64,000 bases of DNA from Leptogorgia sarmentosa. Lineage: Eukaryota. A program made the translations under genes and the position numbers. Below the pieces are notes generated by a model. It did no database searches and had not been told where the DNA came from. It saw only the letters and a program-made list of their open reading frames with translations. Shown here in pieces: positions 36,058-48,252 of the stretch (position 1 is its first letter; every line of letters starts with the position of its first letter). Location: positions 15,748,001 through 15,812,000 of the forward strand of contig OZ210885.1 in the NCBI GenBank assembly GCA_964658305.1, written 5' to 3'.

Positions 36058-39000
36058 ATGACCGTTATCATAATACAATCAGACGAATATGATCTTGAGG
36101 ACTCCTACGAGTATCTGCAAATAGAGATTAGGAGAATCGAAAACTTTCAGCGAACTTTAGAAGAATGGATTACAAGTCTATCAACCGAACATCGAATACT
36201 AGACCATCGAGCCCTGGAAGATGAGGAGACTGAGACATCAAGAGTTGGCACAACAACAGCGTCAAGAAGAAGAGAGACTGCTTCTAAAACAGAGAAAGAA
36301 TCAACTACAATTACAAACAGAAATTGCAAAGGCCGAAGCGGAGGAGAGAGTCTATGCTATGGGCGACTTAGGAGAAAATTTTCACCATTTACCGACGCGT
36401 TCACATCAACTGCCACAATTTCCAAATGATGAACATTCACAGCCTTCACACGTTAGTAACAATACACACCAGATTTCCAACAACAGATGAAATCAACTGG
36501 GCAGAAATCAAGGGCTGATGACGTCGGACATTCGGAAATTCCAAAGGGTAGAACCCCAGATGATTCGGAATTGGCAGAAAATTCCTGCACGACATGTTGG
36601 ATATGCAACGACAACAACAACAACAACACCAAAATCAAGAAATGCTTCAGATGCAACAGTCGAGGGACTTCAGCAATTGGTTCTGTCCATGACATTACCC
36701 AACGCTCAAGTTCCAACGTTTGGTGGTGATCCTATCGACTATAGGTCAAGCCTATAGAATAGCGACAGCCTGTTTGGATCGAGTTACAAAGGTGCCACAA
36801 ATTAAGTCTGAGGACGGCAAGGCGCTTCAAAGGTTTTCTGTATTGCTCACGAGTTGCAAGTTCACCCTAAAGGAGATTGGTTATCTGAGCAAACTTGATA
36901 ACCCAGACAGCTCGCATAGTGTGCTGAGTAGACTACCCTATTCGCTGAGGCAAAGATGGCGTAATGTAGCAGATGATATAACCAGCAATAAAATGAGAGA
37001 GATAACATTCGAGGACATAGAGAAATTCGTAGAAGTGAAAGCCAGGGCCTTAACTCATTCCATCTTTGTTAAAATTAACAGTGATTCTAAGAACAAATTA
37101 ACACAAGATCATAAGGGACTGAGAGGTAGATACGCCTTTGGAGGGAATGGTAGCGAAAATGATGGTCGCCGTAACTTTGGAAATACAGATTCTACATTAG
37201 GTAGAATGGAGACGAGATCCTATTACAAGAACTGTCCAATGTGCAATGGTACCCACCTTCTATCCCAATGTGACATGTTTAAGAGACAAACCATTGAAAA
37301 CAGATTGAAGTTGGTGCGGAAAAGAAGCTTATGCAACAATTGGCATTTCCATGGTCATATTTCCATGGTCAAATCTTGTCCGAAAGAAAACTTTTGTAAG
37401 GTATCTGGTTGTCAAGACAAACATTCAACATTTCTACATCCAAGAAATGTAGATCGGCATGATAAGAAACCTCTCAATGAACAAAAGAAATTTCTCGAGG
37501 AACAGTCGACGGAAGCAAATGGAAAAGAAACAAACAAGCCTGCAATTATTGGTACACAAAATGGTTATGTTAATATGAATAACAGTGGGTGTGACATCAT
37601 CGGGCCGGCGTGAATTCAACTGGTTTAGCGATAGTACCTGTCAAAGTCAAGTGTAGAAATTCTGATAAGATGATCCAGACGTATGCTTTCTTAGATGCCG
37701 GATCAAATACAACATTTTGTACGGATGAATTGCTGAAACAACTCGGTGCGAAAGGAGAGAAAACTACCCTTTCACTTACTACCATACAACACAAGAACAG
37801 TCTAACTGAATGTGTCGTAGTCAACCTTGAAGTATTTGATTTAGAAGAAAACAACATTGTCGATCTTCCTTACGTGTTTTCCACCTCGAAGTTGCCAGTC
37901 GATGAATCAAGTATTCCAAACCAAGCAGATGTAGACAGATGGCCACATCTGAAGGATATAGAGATAACGAGAATTAATGCTAGTATTGGCCTCCTCTTTG
38001 GTAACGATGCGCCAAGAGCGTTGGAGCCAAAAGAAATGAAAGAATGCGAACGCAGTGGTCTATACGGTGTGAGAACGATCTTCGGGTGGACAATTAAATG
38101 GAAGGAATTCACGAGCATGTCGTTCAATAAATTATATTCCAAGTGATCACACGTTGAGCACGCAATTTGAGAAGTTTTGTAATGTTGAATTTAACGACTC
38201 TACATTCAACAGCAAGCTTGCAATGTCTATAGAAAATTCTCGCGCAGTGAATATCATAGAAAATTCTATCCGATTCCTGAACGGACACTACGAAATAGCC
38301 TTACCTTGGAAAAACTTTCCCGCTCACCTACCAAACAATCAACCTCTGGTTGAACATTGCCTAAAGCTTTTAAGGAAAAGACTTGTGAAGGATCCTGGTC
38401 TATTTTTGAAGTATGCCACATTTATGGATAACCTTGTTGACAAGGGGTTTGCTCAATTGGTGCCAATTAATTCACTTGAGCAATCCAGTTTTCAGTCAGA
38501 GCAAACCATATAAAATTAGAGTGGTATTTGATTGTGTTACTGTTTACCATGGTACGTCCCTCAATGAGCAACTATTACAAGGACCCGATTTAACTAATAA
38601 TCTTGTCGGAGTCTTGATTCGCTTTTGACAAGAGCCCGTGACTCTTATGGCATTGACACAAGTCAATGTACGTCGTGAAGACTGCAATGCTCTCCGTTTC
38701 CTATGGTGGCCAAAAAATGATCTTGATTACAAACCCAACGAATTTCAGATGCTGGTCCATTTGTTTGGGGCGACATCCTCTCCGAGCTGTGCTAACTTTG
38801 CATTGCTTAAGACCGCAGACGACAATTCCAAACAGTTCGAGGAGGAAGTAACGCAAACAGTTAGACACAATTTTTATGGATGACTGTCTGAAGTCTGTGG
38901 AAGACGACAGTCAAGCAACAGCTCTGGCTAGTGATCTTCACGAACTCCTTGCCAAAGGTGGATTCCGCTTGACTAAGTGGGTGTCTAATTCATTAAAGGT

Positions 39001-39512
39001 TGTTGCGTCATTACCCGAGTTGGAAAGAGCAGCTTCAGTTAAAGATCTCTGTTTTGACAAGCCATCCATTGAAAGAGCCCTTGGGGTCCTCTGAGCCATC
39101 GGCCGCAACAAATTTGGATTCAGCATCAAGGTTAAAGATAACCCTCTAACCAGAAGAGGAATCCTTTCAATTGTTAATTTGGTGTATGATCCTCTCGGGT
39201 TTGTATGTCCATTCGTGTTACCGACGAAGATTATTATGCAGGATCTTTGTCAAAAGATTCTCAAATGTGACGACCCTATCCAACATGAGCACCTCCATCG
39301 TTGGAAGAACTGGCAAGAAGAAGTTACCAAAATGGAACAACTTTGTATATCCCCATGTTTCAAGCCCCCTTGGCCGCATTCTGGAAGTAAACCCAAACAC
39401 TAAAGATGGTTTTGTTAGGAAGGTAACCCTGAAAGCGAGGTCTACAATATTGGGGCGTCCAGTTGATAAAATCGTGTTTTTGGAAACTATCACACTCTAC
39501 AACGATGAATAG
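36058..39512 (+). mobile_element. Decayed BEL/Pao LTR retrotransposon internal region (no LTRs seen)
   Basis: Gag (LPNAQVPTFGGDP; Cys knuckles), protease FLDAGS, RT (GHYEIALPW, RVVFD, GPDL, FGATSSP, FY/DDCL), RNase H (YDPLG), integrase mostly deleted, C-terminal PLGRILEV...DGFVRKV...RPVDKI. Many frameshifts. Confidence 0.9.
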
Positions 39513-39582
39513 TTTAATAACTATTTGTGTTATCTTTAGTGTGGACTTGATTGTCTAGACTAGTTTAGTTATAAATGTCATA

Positions 39583-40345
39583 CTAGAAATACATATATGC
39601 AGCAACCCCTTGCCTTACTAACCAATTAATGCAACTATATTTTTGGAACATGAAGTACTTCAAAGCCTTCCTGACGTTGTTGTCATGGCAACACGATAGG
39701 AAATTCATATTTCTGTATATTTTTGAAAACAGTCAAAATATCAGCTTTTAACTTGGTTTTATTGGCATTTTTTTAATTTGGAAAACCATTTGTTATCCGT
39801 ACGTTATTATGACTAATATAAACTTGAATTTGGTGCGAAATACTACATTAATTTGCATAAAACGTTTTAAATATAAAATATTCAGTCGTTGATATGAAAC
39901 AATTTCCATCCAATGTTCGCTCGTGTTCTTTTGGGGTAAATTTTGTAAATATTTTGTGAAGTCTTGCCTTTAAAACGATAGACTTATACTCTGGAATTGA
40001 GCCGTGTATAGATTAAATGTGGCTATGGCGACCTTTCATACAAATAGTGTAGACTGTAGATTGTAAATACACATTTGAAACAAACGTTCACTGCCGGCAA
40101 CATATTGACGAACTTATCTTGTGTTTCAATCCGTAGTCGTTTGTTCCCGTTTCTCATCGTTTTATATCTTCTGAGAAGGCTTTAGCATAAATCTTGTCTT
40201 CATTTTCGCCTTTCCAAAAGCTTTAAACCTTTAAAAAGCTTCGGCTTGTCACGATAGTCCAGCATAATTTTGAGATCAGTGATGACCACCCTTACAAAAA
40301 TTGTCTTACACAGTAATCCAAAATGGCCGCCAAATTGAGCAACTT
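39583..40345 (-). mobile_element. Non-autonomous repeat, probably Helitron-like (diverged copy at 41093-42950; both repeated +9987)
   Basis: Both copies share a ~290-bp block (ACTAGAAATACATATATGCAG...) and a ~190-bp block (CGTTTTATATCTTCTGAGAAGG...). The minus strand ends in CTAG|T after a weak hairpin. Confidence 0.5.
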
Positions 40346-40517
40346 TGGACTCTGCTATGCTGCCCATTACCCGGGTGCAAATAACAGAGGGAATAGCTGT
40401 AAGTTATCCATTTATTGTTAGTCACTTATATTATGGGATTAGTTTATAGTGTAGTGTCTTAGATTGTATGTTTTGTTTAAATTTGTTTAGTAGAACCATA
40501 TTAAATGATTGATTTAT

Positions 40518-41090
40518 CTATATGAGTTTGAAGTTGACCTCAACGGAAAGCTGTAGAACAAGATGACGATTTGTACCTACAGAAGATGTATCACCAGACA
40601 GAGAAGGGTTATACTGACCATCTGTATTTGCTTCCATATGCTCAAGTGTGCGAAATACCGGGACAAAAAGCTCTTGGCATGTGCCCAAACCTTCAATGCG
40701 GTCAACCCATCTAGTTCGGCAAACATCCACCAATTTGGACTTTCTCGTCTCAGGGCTGAACTCAGGAACTTTTTCGTCAAAACGAATGTTGCATGTCTGA
40801 TAAACATTCATAAAATTAGGAACATCTTTAACCTGCTTTAACATTTTATTCAACTCTCAATAGACAAAGAATCACAAATAGTCAAATTAAGCCTATGGCT
40901 ATAACAATGGGTATAAAGAGCTTTTTTATTTAATAAAATTTCAGCAGACAAACCATCAATGTGACCTGCAACAGCACCTGCCCCATCATATGCCTGCCCC
41001 CTACAATCTTCAATAGATAAGGTTAAATAATTTACAGCTTCTAGTAGTCGTTAAGAAAGTTGGGCACCACTTAACCCCCATTTACAATCT
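40518..41090 (-). pseudogene. hAT transposase fragment (THAP12/PRKRIR-ZMYM-like), catalytic region; copy at 50505-51077
   Basis: Hand translation gives CRGQAYDGAGAVAG and YTHCYSHRLNL, and the ORF contains KLVDVCRTRWVDR. Confidence 0.85.
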
Positions 41091-41378
41091 AACTAGAAAT
41101 ACATATATGCAGTAACCCCTCGCCTTACTAACCAATTAATGCAACTATAATTTTGGAACATGAAGTACTTCAAAGGCTGCCTGAGGTTGTTGTCATGGCA
41201 CCACGATCGGAAATTCATATTTCTGTATTTTTTTGAAAAAAGTCAAAATATCAGCTTTTATCTTTGTTTTATTGGCATTTTTTTTATTTGGAGAACCATT
41301 TGTTATCCGTACGTTATTAAGACTAACAAACTTGAATTTGGTGCGAAATACTACATTTATTTGTATAAAACGTTTTAA

Positions 41379-42735
41379 AGTGTTACTGCAACGAATTTTT
41401 CGACCTCGTTTTTTTTGCCTTAAATAAATATTCAGGTCGAAAGATGAAATTTGGTGTATAGATGACTTTTGTACGTTCAGTGGAAGTAACTAAATTTCGC
41501 CTCCAAACGTCGATACCGGATGCGACAAAAACAGCCGCCATTTTGTCACCTTGTGACGTCACAAGTGTAACATGTTTAGCGAAGCTACTAGTAAATTGTA
41601 TTGCGTTAGAGCTATACTCTGTGTTTCTCGCCCTTTTTTGGCCGGAAAAAATATCTTTTGAAACAAAACTTGACCATAGGCATTTTAAGGCAATATATTT
41701 TGCTCATGTCGAGTAACGAGTCTGGCGGAGATCCGCAATCGTGTGAAAGTTCAAGTGAAACTGCATGACCCGGTGTCGGATGGCTGGTTAGTTCATGTCA
41801 CATCGCACTGCTTTGCGTACGACGATGAACCTATAGCAGAACCTGGGGAAACGAATTGTGTTCCAGAAGATCCAGATGGATTGTTGCCAGCAACTATTGA
41901 ACAAAGAAGCGACGGTAGAATAACTCTGGAACAGTGATAAGTGAAGGTTCAAGACTGTTTAGACTTTAGCCTAATTAAAATAGCCGACGTAGGCTAAATT
42001 TGAAATAATTTGTATATTTTATTGCTTTTATTTAATATTCATCTGTAATGATATATTGTTAATTTTGGTATCAATATATTGATATCAGTATAATTATTGA
42101 TTCCACATTGCTGTCTCAATATCTCAGAACAAGTGTGTATGTAAAAGAGCGCAATTTTATAGGCCCTTTCTTTTGGGCTTCCTTGCCTTCTATTTATTAA
42201 ATTTGTAAATACTTAAGCTGTGGCAGAATAAATTGATTTGATAAGGAAACTAGTCACAATTCATAGCAAGTTAATATTTAGCGATTTTGCTAACTCTAGA
42301 TTCATATCATAGCACGAATCTTCGAAGTGAAGGCACGAGGTCGCCGTAGTGTCAAAACCTGGGTTATGTTTACAGACAAATTTCACGCACTTATTCCGTC
42401 TCTGAGCATCTGTTTCTTCGTTAGGGAATAGATGCATAGATACTCCTTCAGTTTTGCTATCATTGACGCAGCTAACTAAGTTAGGACCGCCAGCAACGCA
42501 GAGTTTTCCTCCACGAGTAGCTTTACGTCTATTAGAAATATACGCCATGTTGACAATGTGTTACACTTGTGACGTCACACAGCATTAATATGGTGGTCGA
42601 AAATGTCGCACGGAAGTAGCCAAAAATCGCAACTTTGAAAGGCCATAAAATCCGTTTGAAAAGAGCAATTTTAATTTTGTTTGCGGTAAACATATTCGGA
42701 GAGTAAGTATTTTAAAATAAGCCAATAAAATCTCA
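41379..42735. mobile_element. Kolobok-like deletion derivative (THAP remnant plus convergent accessory-gene remnant); copy at 51366-52722
   Basis: Begins TTAA|AGTGTTACTGC inside the Helitron-like repeat. Internal inverted TGTGACGTCACAAGTGTAACA motifs at ~41551 and ~42560. Minus-strand THAP ORF 42261..42548 (CVAGG...C...MHLFP...CLHF) and plus-strand remnant YDDEPIA. Right end is missing. Confidence 0.65.
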
Positions 42736-43125
42736 GCGTTTTATATCTTCTGAGAAGGCTTTTTCAAGTCCTGCAGCATAGATCTTGTCTTTATTTTCGC
42801 CTTTCCAAAAGCTTTAACCCTTTAAAAAGCTTCGGCTCGTCATGATGGTCCAGCATAATTTTGAGATCAGTGATGACCACCCTTACAAAAATTCTCTTAC
42901 ACAGTAACCCAAAATGGCCACCAAATCAAGCAACTTTGGACTCCGCTATGGGGAATTATTACCCTTGCCCCGGGCTAACGTCATCATTAGCATCAACAAA
43001 ATGCAAAACTAGTGACATTTGCTCTTTATGAGAAACATCTTTGGCTTCATCAGCAATTATTGTGAAAAACTTACTTTCTTTGATATCTTGGATTATCTTA
43101 TCTCTGATTACCTTACCACAACAAA

Positions 43126-45690
43126 CCACTGTGAAGCTGTCACAACATTCATCACGACATTCAACGCTTACTATTCACCATCATTTAAAAGTTTTAACAG
43201 TTAAAGTATACTATTCCTTGAGCAGATTTAACAAATTCTTCATGTTCTAACCTGCCCTAAATTCCCAAAATAGTTTTGAGAAGGTTTAGGTAATAATGGC
43301 TACGAAACCTTTCGGATTCAAAGTCTCTTCCTGTTTGATATATACAATTAGTCGTTTACACCTTACTAATACTGAAATTTATACTTTTAATCACTGTATA
43401 TATACATATATATATAAGAGAATGTGCACAAAGATGAGCAGAAGCTATATCATATAGAGAGCCTTAATAGTTGGAGTTGTCAAAAGGAGGGGATGGCTGG
43501 CCTGTGGCTCACTACGTATAACATCTAATAATAGATCTCCAACATCTAATAATAGATCTCCATATATTATAATTACATTCAAACAGAAACTAATTCTTTA
43601 TACTGAAAAACTTTAATAAGTTACAAAAGTCCCTGTTTCAACCTGAGAAACAAATTAATGAAACTCATTTATCTTAATTTGAATTTTTCGAATACTAGAC
43701 ATACAATTTTCACTTGAAACTATACTTAAAAACATTTCATTGACAATCCCAAACAACGTATTGCTTGCCTTTAATATTTTTATACACTGCCGTGTTTTTG
43801 CCATTTTAAAGCAAAGGTGTGATATGAAAATTAGTCTTCAACTCAAACGGAAATGCATGTGAACTTCAAGTCCTTTTTTTTCATTACCTATTCTATAGAA
43901 ATTTTTTATTTTCACATATGTTATTCAAAAAACACTGATATATCATACAATGTATAGCTTTCCCTGGGGACCGAATGATATCAATGCGTTTTTTTAATTT
44001 GAACATTGATGTAATATGATGCGCTTCTGAGGAATGTGCATGTTAAATTTCAAGTTTTTTCTCGCTTCATTCTAGCCATAGATTTTTCATTTTGCAATAT
44101 ATATTATACATATTTCAACGATAATTCCGACAATGTATTGCTTGCCTTTAATATTTTTATACGCTGCTGTGTTTTTGCCATTTTAAAGCAAAGGTGTGAT
44201 ATGAGAATTAGTCTGCAACTCAAATGGAAATGCATGTGAACTTCAAGTCCTTTTATCGTTACCTATTCTATAGAAATTTTTTATTTTCACATATGTTATT
44301 CAGAAACCACCGATATATCATACAATGTATAGCTTGGCCTGGGGACCGAATGATATCAATGCATTTTTTACTTTGAACATTGATGTAATATGATGCGTTT
44401 CGGAGGAATGTGCATTAAAGTCACTTTGTTATTACCTTCTAAATACACACTTTTCATTTTACAATATATTATAATTCTCTACTTGATATTTCAAGTAATG
44501 TGTAACATGCCTATAATATGTATTCTGAGATACAACTGTATTTTTCTTTTTCAATGTGAAAATAAGTTGAGAATTAGTTTCAGGACGAACGAAAACGCAT
44601 GCTGAGTTTTAACATATTTTTTATGATTACCAGATCTGTAGAAGTTTTTTATTTTTGTATATATTAGTTTGAAAATGACATATAGCACATGCACAATACA
44701 TGGCTAGCCTTCGGGACAGAAAGATATAAATGTGTTTTTTTCACTTTGAAAATGAATTAAGAAAATGTTAATCAAATCGAATCGTTTTATAGCTATATTA
44801 TATAAGTATCTATATTTACACTAGACAGTCTATACATATTACGTGGATTCAATGAGATATGATATTGATTAGTGTGATAGTTATTTTTTCTTGCAGTCAG
44901 CAGTCATGGCTTTTTTGGTCATTATCAGATAAAGCTACATGAAATTATTCAATGAAATTTTTGTTAGCTTTTTGACCACAATTTTGGTTAATTCGATCGT
45001 TGATAGGGCGCATATAATTTATTACTTAATTAATCATGGAAAGTTACTTAAATAATCTTACTTCAATAATGGTGGTATGGGGGGCGGGCGTGGGGTGGGG
45101 GGGCATAAATCACATTTCACAGAGAAAAAAGCCATTTTACGATACATGTGCATTAATATTCATGCTGTAATAATTTGAATAACATATATGAAAATAAAAA
45201 ATTTCTATAGACTAAAAAAGGACTTGAAGTTCACATGCATTTCCGTTTGAGTTGAAGATTAATTCTCATATCAAACCTTTGCTTTAAAATGGCAAAAACA
45301 CGGCAGTGTATAAAAATATTAAGGACAAGCAATACATTGTTGGAATATTCAGTATTAGACACTTACTAAATGTCAGGCCTGTAGCATAAAAGGTGTAAAC
45401 GACTAATTGTATATTTCAAACAAGAAGAGACTTTGAATCTAAAAGGTTTCGTAGTCATTATTACCTAAACCTTCTCGAAACTATTTTGGGAATTTAGGGC
45501 AGGTTAGAACATGAAGAATTTGTTAAATCTGCTCAAGGAATAGTATACTTTAACTGTTAAAACTTTTAAATTATGGTAAATAGTAAGCGCACAACATGTG
45601 GTCTTTATCAGCAGATCTAATCTGCTTAAGAATGTGCGATGAATGTTGTGACAAATGTCGTGATGAATGTTGTGACAGCTTCACAGTGGT
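43126..45690. repeat. Foldback structure with internal ~377-bp tandem repeats; copy at +9987
   Basis: 43126-43363 is the inverted counterpart of 45390-45690. Tandem units start near 43750, 44127 and 44500 (the last degenerate), with an inverted partial unit at about 45180-45345. Confidence 0.8.
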
Positions 45691-46843
45691 CCACAACAAC
45701 TAACTATCTTGTTCTGACTGGTCTTTGAGATATAACTTTTATTTTTACCACAGTTCTTCAAATTATCTTCTAAAATCTTATCCCCAGCACGAACTCTAAA
45801 ATTCAGAGATTCAATAAAATTACTGACACCTCAAGTAGATAGCTCCCTACCTCTGGGTGATACTCAGAATCATCACAATGTCCATGGAGAGGTAAACCAA
45901 GACCACCACCCCCCCCCCCCCCCCCCCCAAAAAAACTGTCAGCAATTGAAGCCAACTTCTTTCTGTTTTCCTTAACTTCCTTTTTTATAGTCTTTTTATA
46001 ACTTCAATGGGTTGTGCCACTCCTGAGATTTGGGAAAGCAATGCAGTTAAAATTGGAAAAGTACAGGCATGCAAGCCCATTTCCCCCCTGTCCCATGCCC
46101 TGTATGACGATTAAAAATACCAATTGCATCATTCCAACAGAAAAGGGGTTGAGAAAACAACCTATGAATCTTTCTAGCTTTGCCAGAAAAACGATCTCCA
46201 AACAAAACACAAGACAAACAGGTATATGCCATCATCAGATGGTGAATAACAAAGCCAGGGGTATATGTCAAGCCACTCATACCTAAAATATCTTCCATTA
46301 ACCTTCGGAAAACAACTTTTGTCTGGTCTATAAACAATTTTTATTAAATTACAAATTTCAGAGTTATTCATACCTTTTACTCTTTTTCTGTATAAGGAAA
46401 CATCAAAGTTATTGACTATAGTATTAGATTTAACCTCTTCTGCAGCTGACTCCTTGGAAGTACTGGGCTGCTGATCTAGATTTAATTGAGCAGTTGCTAG
46501 TGCTGCTGGAGAAGAATATGTTTCATTAGGTGCCTTTGACATAGAAGTAACAACAGCCTTTTCTTCTACATTTAAAAAATGGGCAATATTTGCTGAAGAT
46601 TTTTGTTTTTTGCCCACCACACTACACTTGCCTTCGACTCATGTGGTAACTTACGCTTCTGCTGCTGAGGATGAAAAAGAAGAGGAACAAAATGATTGGG
46701 CTGAAAGACCTGGTTTAATATTACCTTCAAAACAAAATAAAATGTAAAGATCATGAAGATCTTTCTCAGCTGGCAAACAGGGATTTACCTGATGGTTAAA
46801 AAATAATCTATACCTTTCCTGACCACAATCAGGATAATATGTT
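45690..46843 (-). pseudogene. hAT transposase N-terminal part (TTF-type zinc finger plus DUF4371-like) preceded by the C-terminal half of an OTU-like domain; copy at 55677-56831
   Basis: GRYFRYEWLDIYPWLCYSPSDDG..CLSCVLF, then GLPLHGHCDD...SYISKTSQNKI. Upstream FQPNHFVPLL. Multiple frameshifts. Confidence 0.8.
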
Positions 46844-46851
46844 ATAATATT

Positions 46852-48252
46852 TAAGGCTGTCCACAAGATGCTCCAAATTTTTTAAAAAGTTGCTGAAAAT
46901 TTCCCAGAAAGTTGCCCAAAAGTTGCTAAAAAAATCTAAGAGTTGCTCAAAAGTTGCTCCATATTTTATTGTTGGTTTTCAAATATTACCACACGACTTT
47001 GCCTAAATACATAACAACAATTTCCAATTGGTCACTGTTTATGATGCTTAAGCTTTCAACTTGCTAAAACAAGTAACACAACAATTAGTCACAACAAAAA
47101 TATACTGTTTGCTCTGTTCTTCTCGCGAGCATGTATTAGTCATCTCGCTTGTTATATCTTAGCATGACTGAGACCTCAACAGTTTCTTCCAGCGCAGCAT
47201 CTTGCTGTTTGTTGAATGAATTCTGAAGCAAACTGAACACCCGCTCAGCTGAAGCAGAACTAGGTTGGACTAATAAGATCTTCTTAACTGCTGTTGACCA
47301 GCTAGGAAGAGCCTTCTCGTGAATGGACCACCACTTCACTTTCCCTTCCTCCGTTTCAATCTCTACACCTTCTGCAATGGCCAGATACTTTGGAAGTTCG
47401 TCGACAAGCTGGGCAATTGCAGCATCAGTAAAAAATCCAAATTGCTTTAGTTCCTGAACCGAAGCTACATCTGGGTGCAGTTCTTGCACTTACATTGGAC
47501 AGCATAATCGAGCAGCTTTGAATGCACGGACTGTGGCATGAAATTCCCTGCTGAACTTTTGCTGGTAGAATCTAAATCCTGGGGTAATGCAAGCCTTTGC
47601 TTGTGCAATTAGTTGATTGTATAATGGCACATTTCCAGCAGCATACTGTCGAGCTTTTGCTTCAGTGTTTGGATAAGAATCGATGGCTATTGCATGAGCC
47701 AAAGCTGCCAAATGCTCATAGCAACTAAACACTAAAGGCCCATCCCCTTCAAGGTAGTATGTCGCTGAAACAAAGTGCTTCCCAGCATCAATAATTGCTG
47801 CAAGTTCAAGTTCTAAGTCACGAACACTGACTGGGTCATCAAACAATTCTAATAGCCTCGTTCGACATGCTGGAGAAACATCATTTTCTCTTAGAAAAGG
47901 CTCCACATCTCCAAAATACTCCACTACCTGATTGAGTACTTCCTAAAGACTCCACCATTGAATATTCGACTTACGGAGCATTGCTGTGCCTGTTCTAGTC
48001 TTCCATAGTAACCTGGCAGCTGGACTAAGAGAAAACATTGTGTTCCAGTACCTTGAAAATGTCTCTAGAACTGTAAATTGAAAGTGTTCACCAACGTTAT
48101 CAATTGTGTGAGAGAAGCATGTCACATCAAAAATGTTGGGGAAGTAAAAATTAACTTGACGCAACCCGGCCCCGTTAACCGCTGTACCATCTCTCATTGC
48201 TGCCAGAAGTTGATTCGGTTTAATTGCATACTCAACAGCCAGACATTGGATT
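46852..48252 (-). mobile_element. Truncated copy of the CGGBP1-like hAT (one TIR plus transposase C-terminal part), cut by the duplication junction
   Basis: Identical to 56840-58240; ATAATATT at 46844-46851. Confidence 0.93.

Noticed and set aside
13533..48252. Recurrence of ATT at the Harbinger TSD, DIRS crossover core and duplication microhomology
   Set aside because: Three unrelated mechanisms, and ATT is very common in this AT-rich DNA, so coincidence is sufficient.
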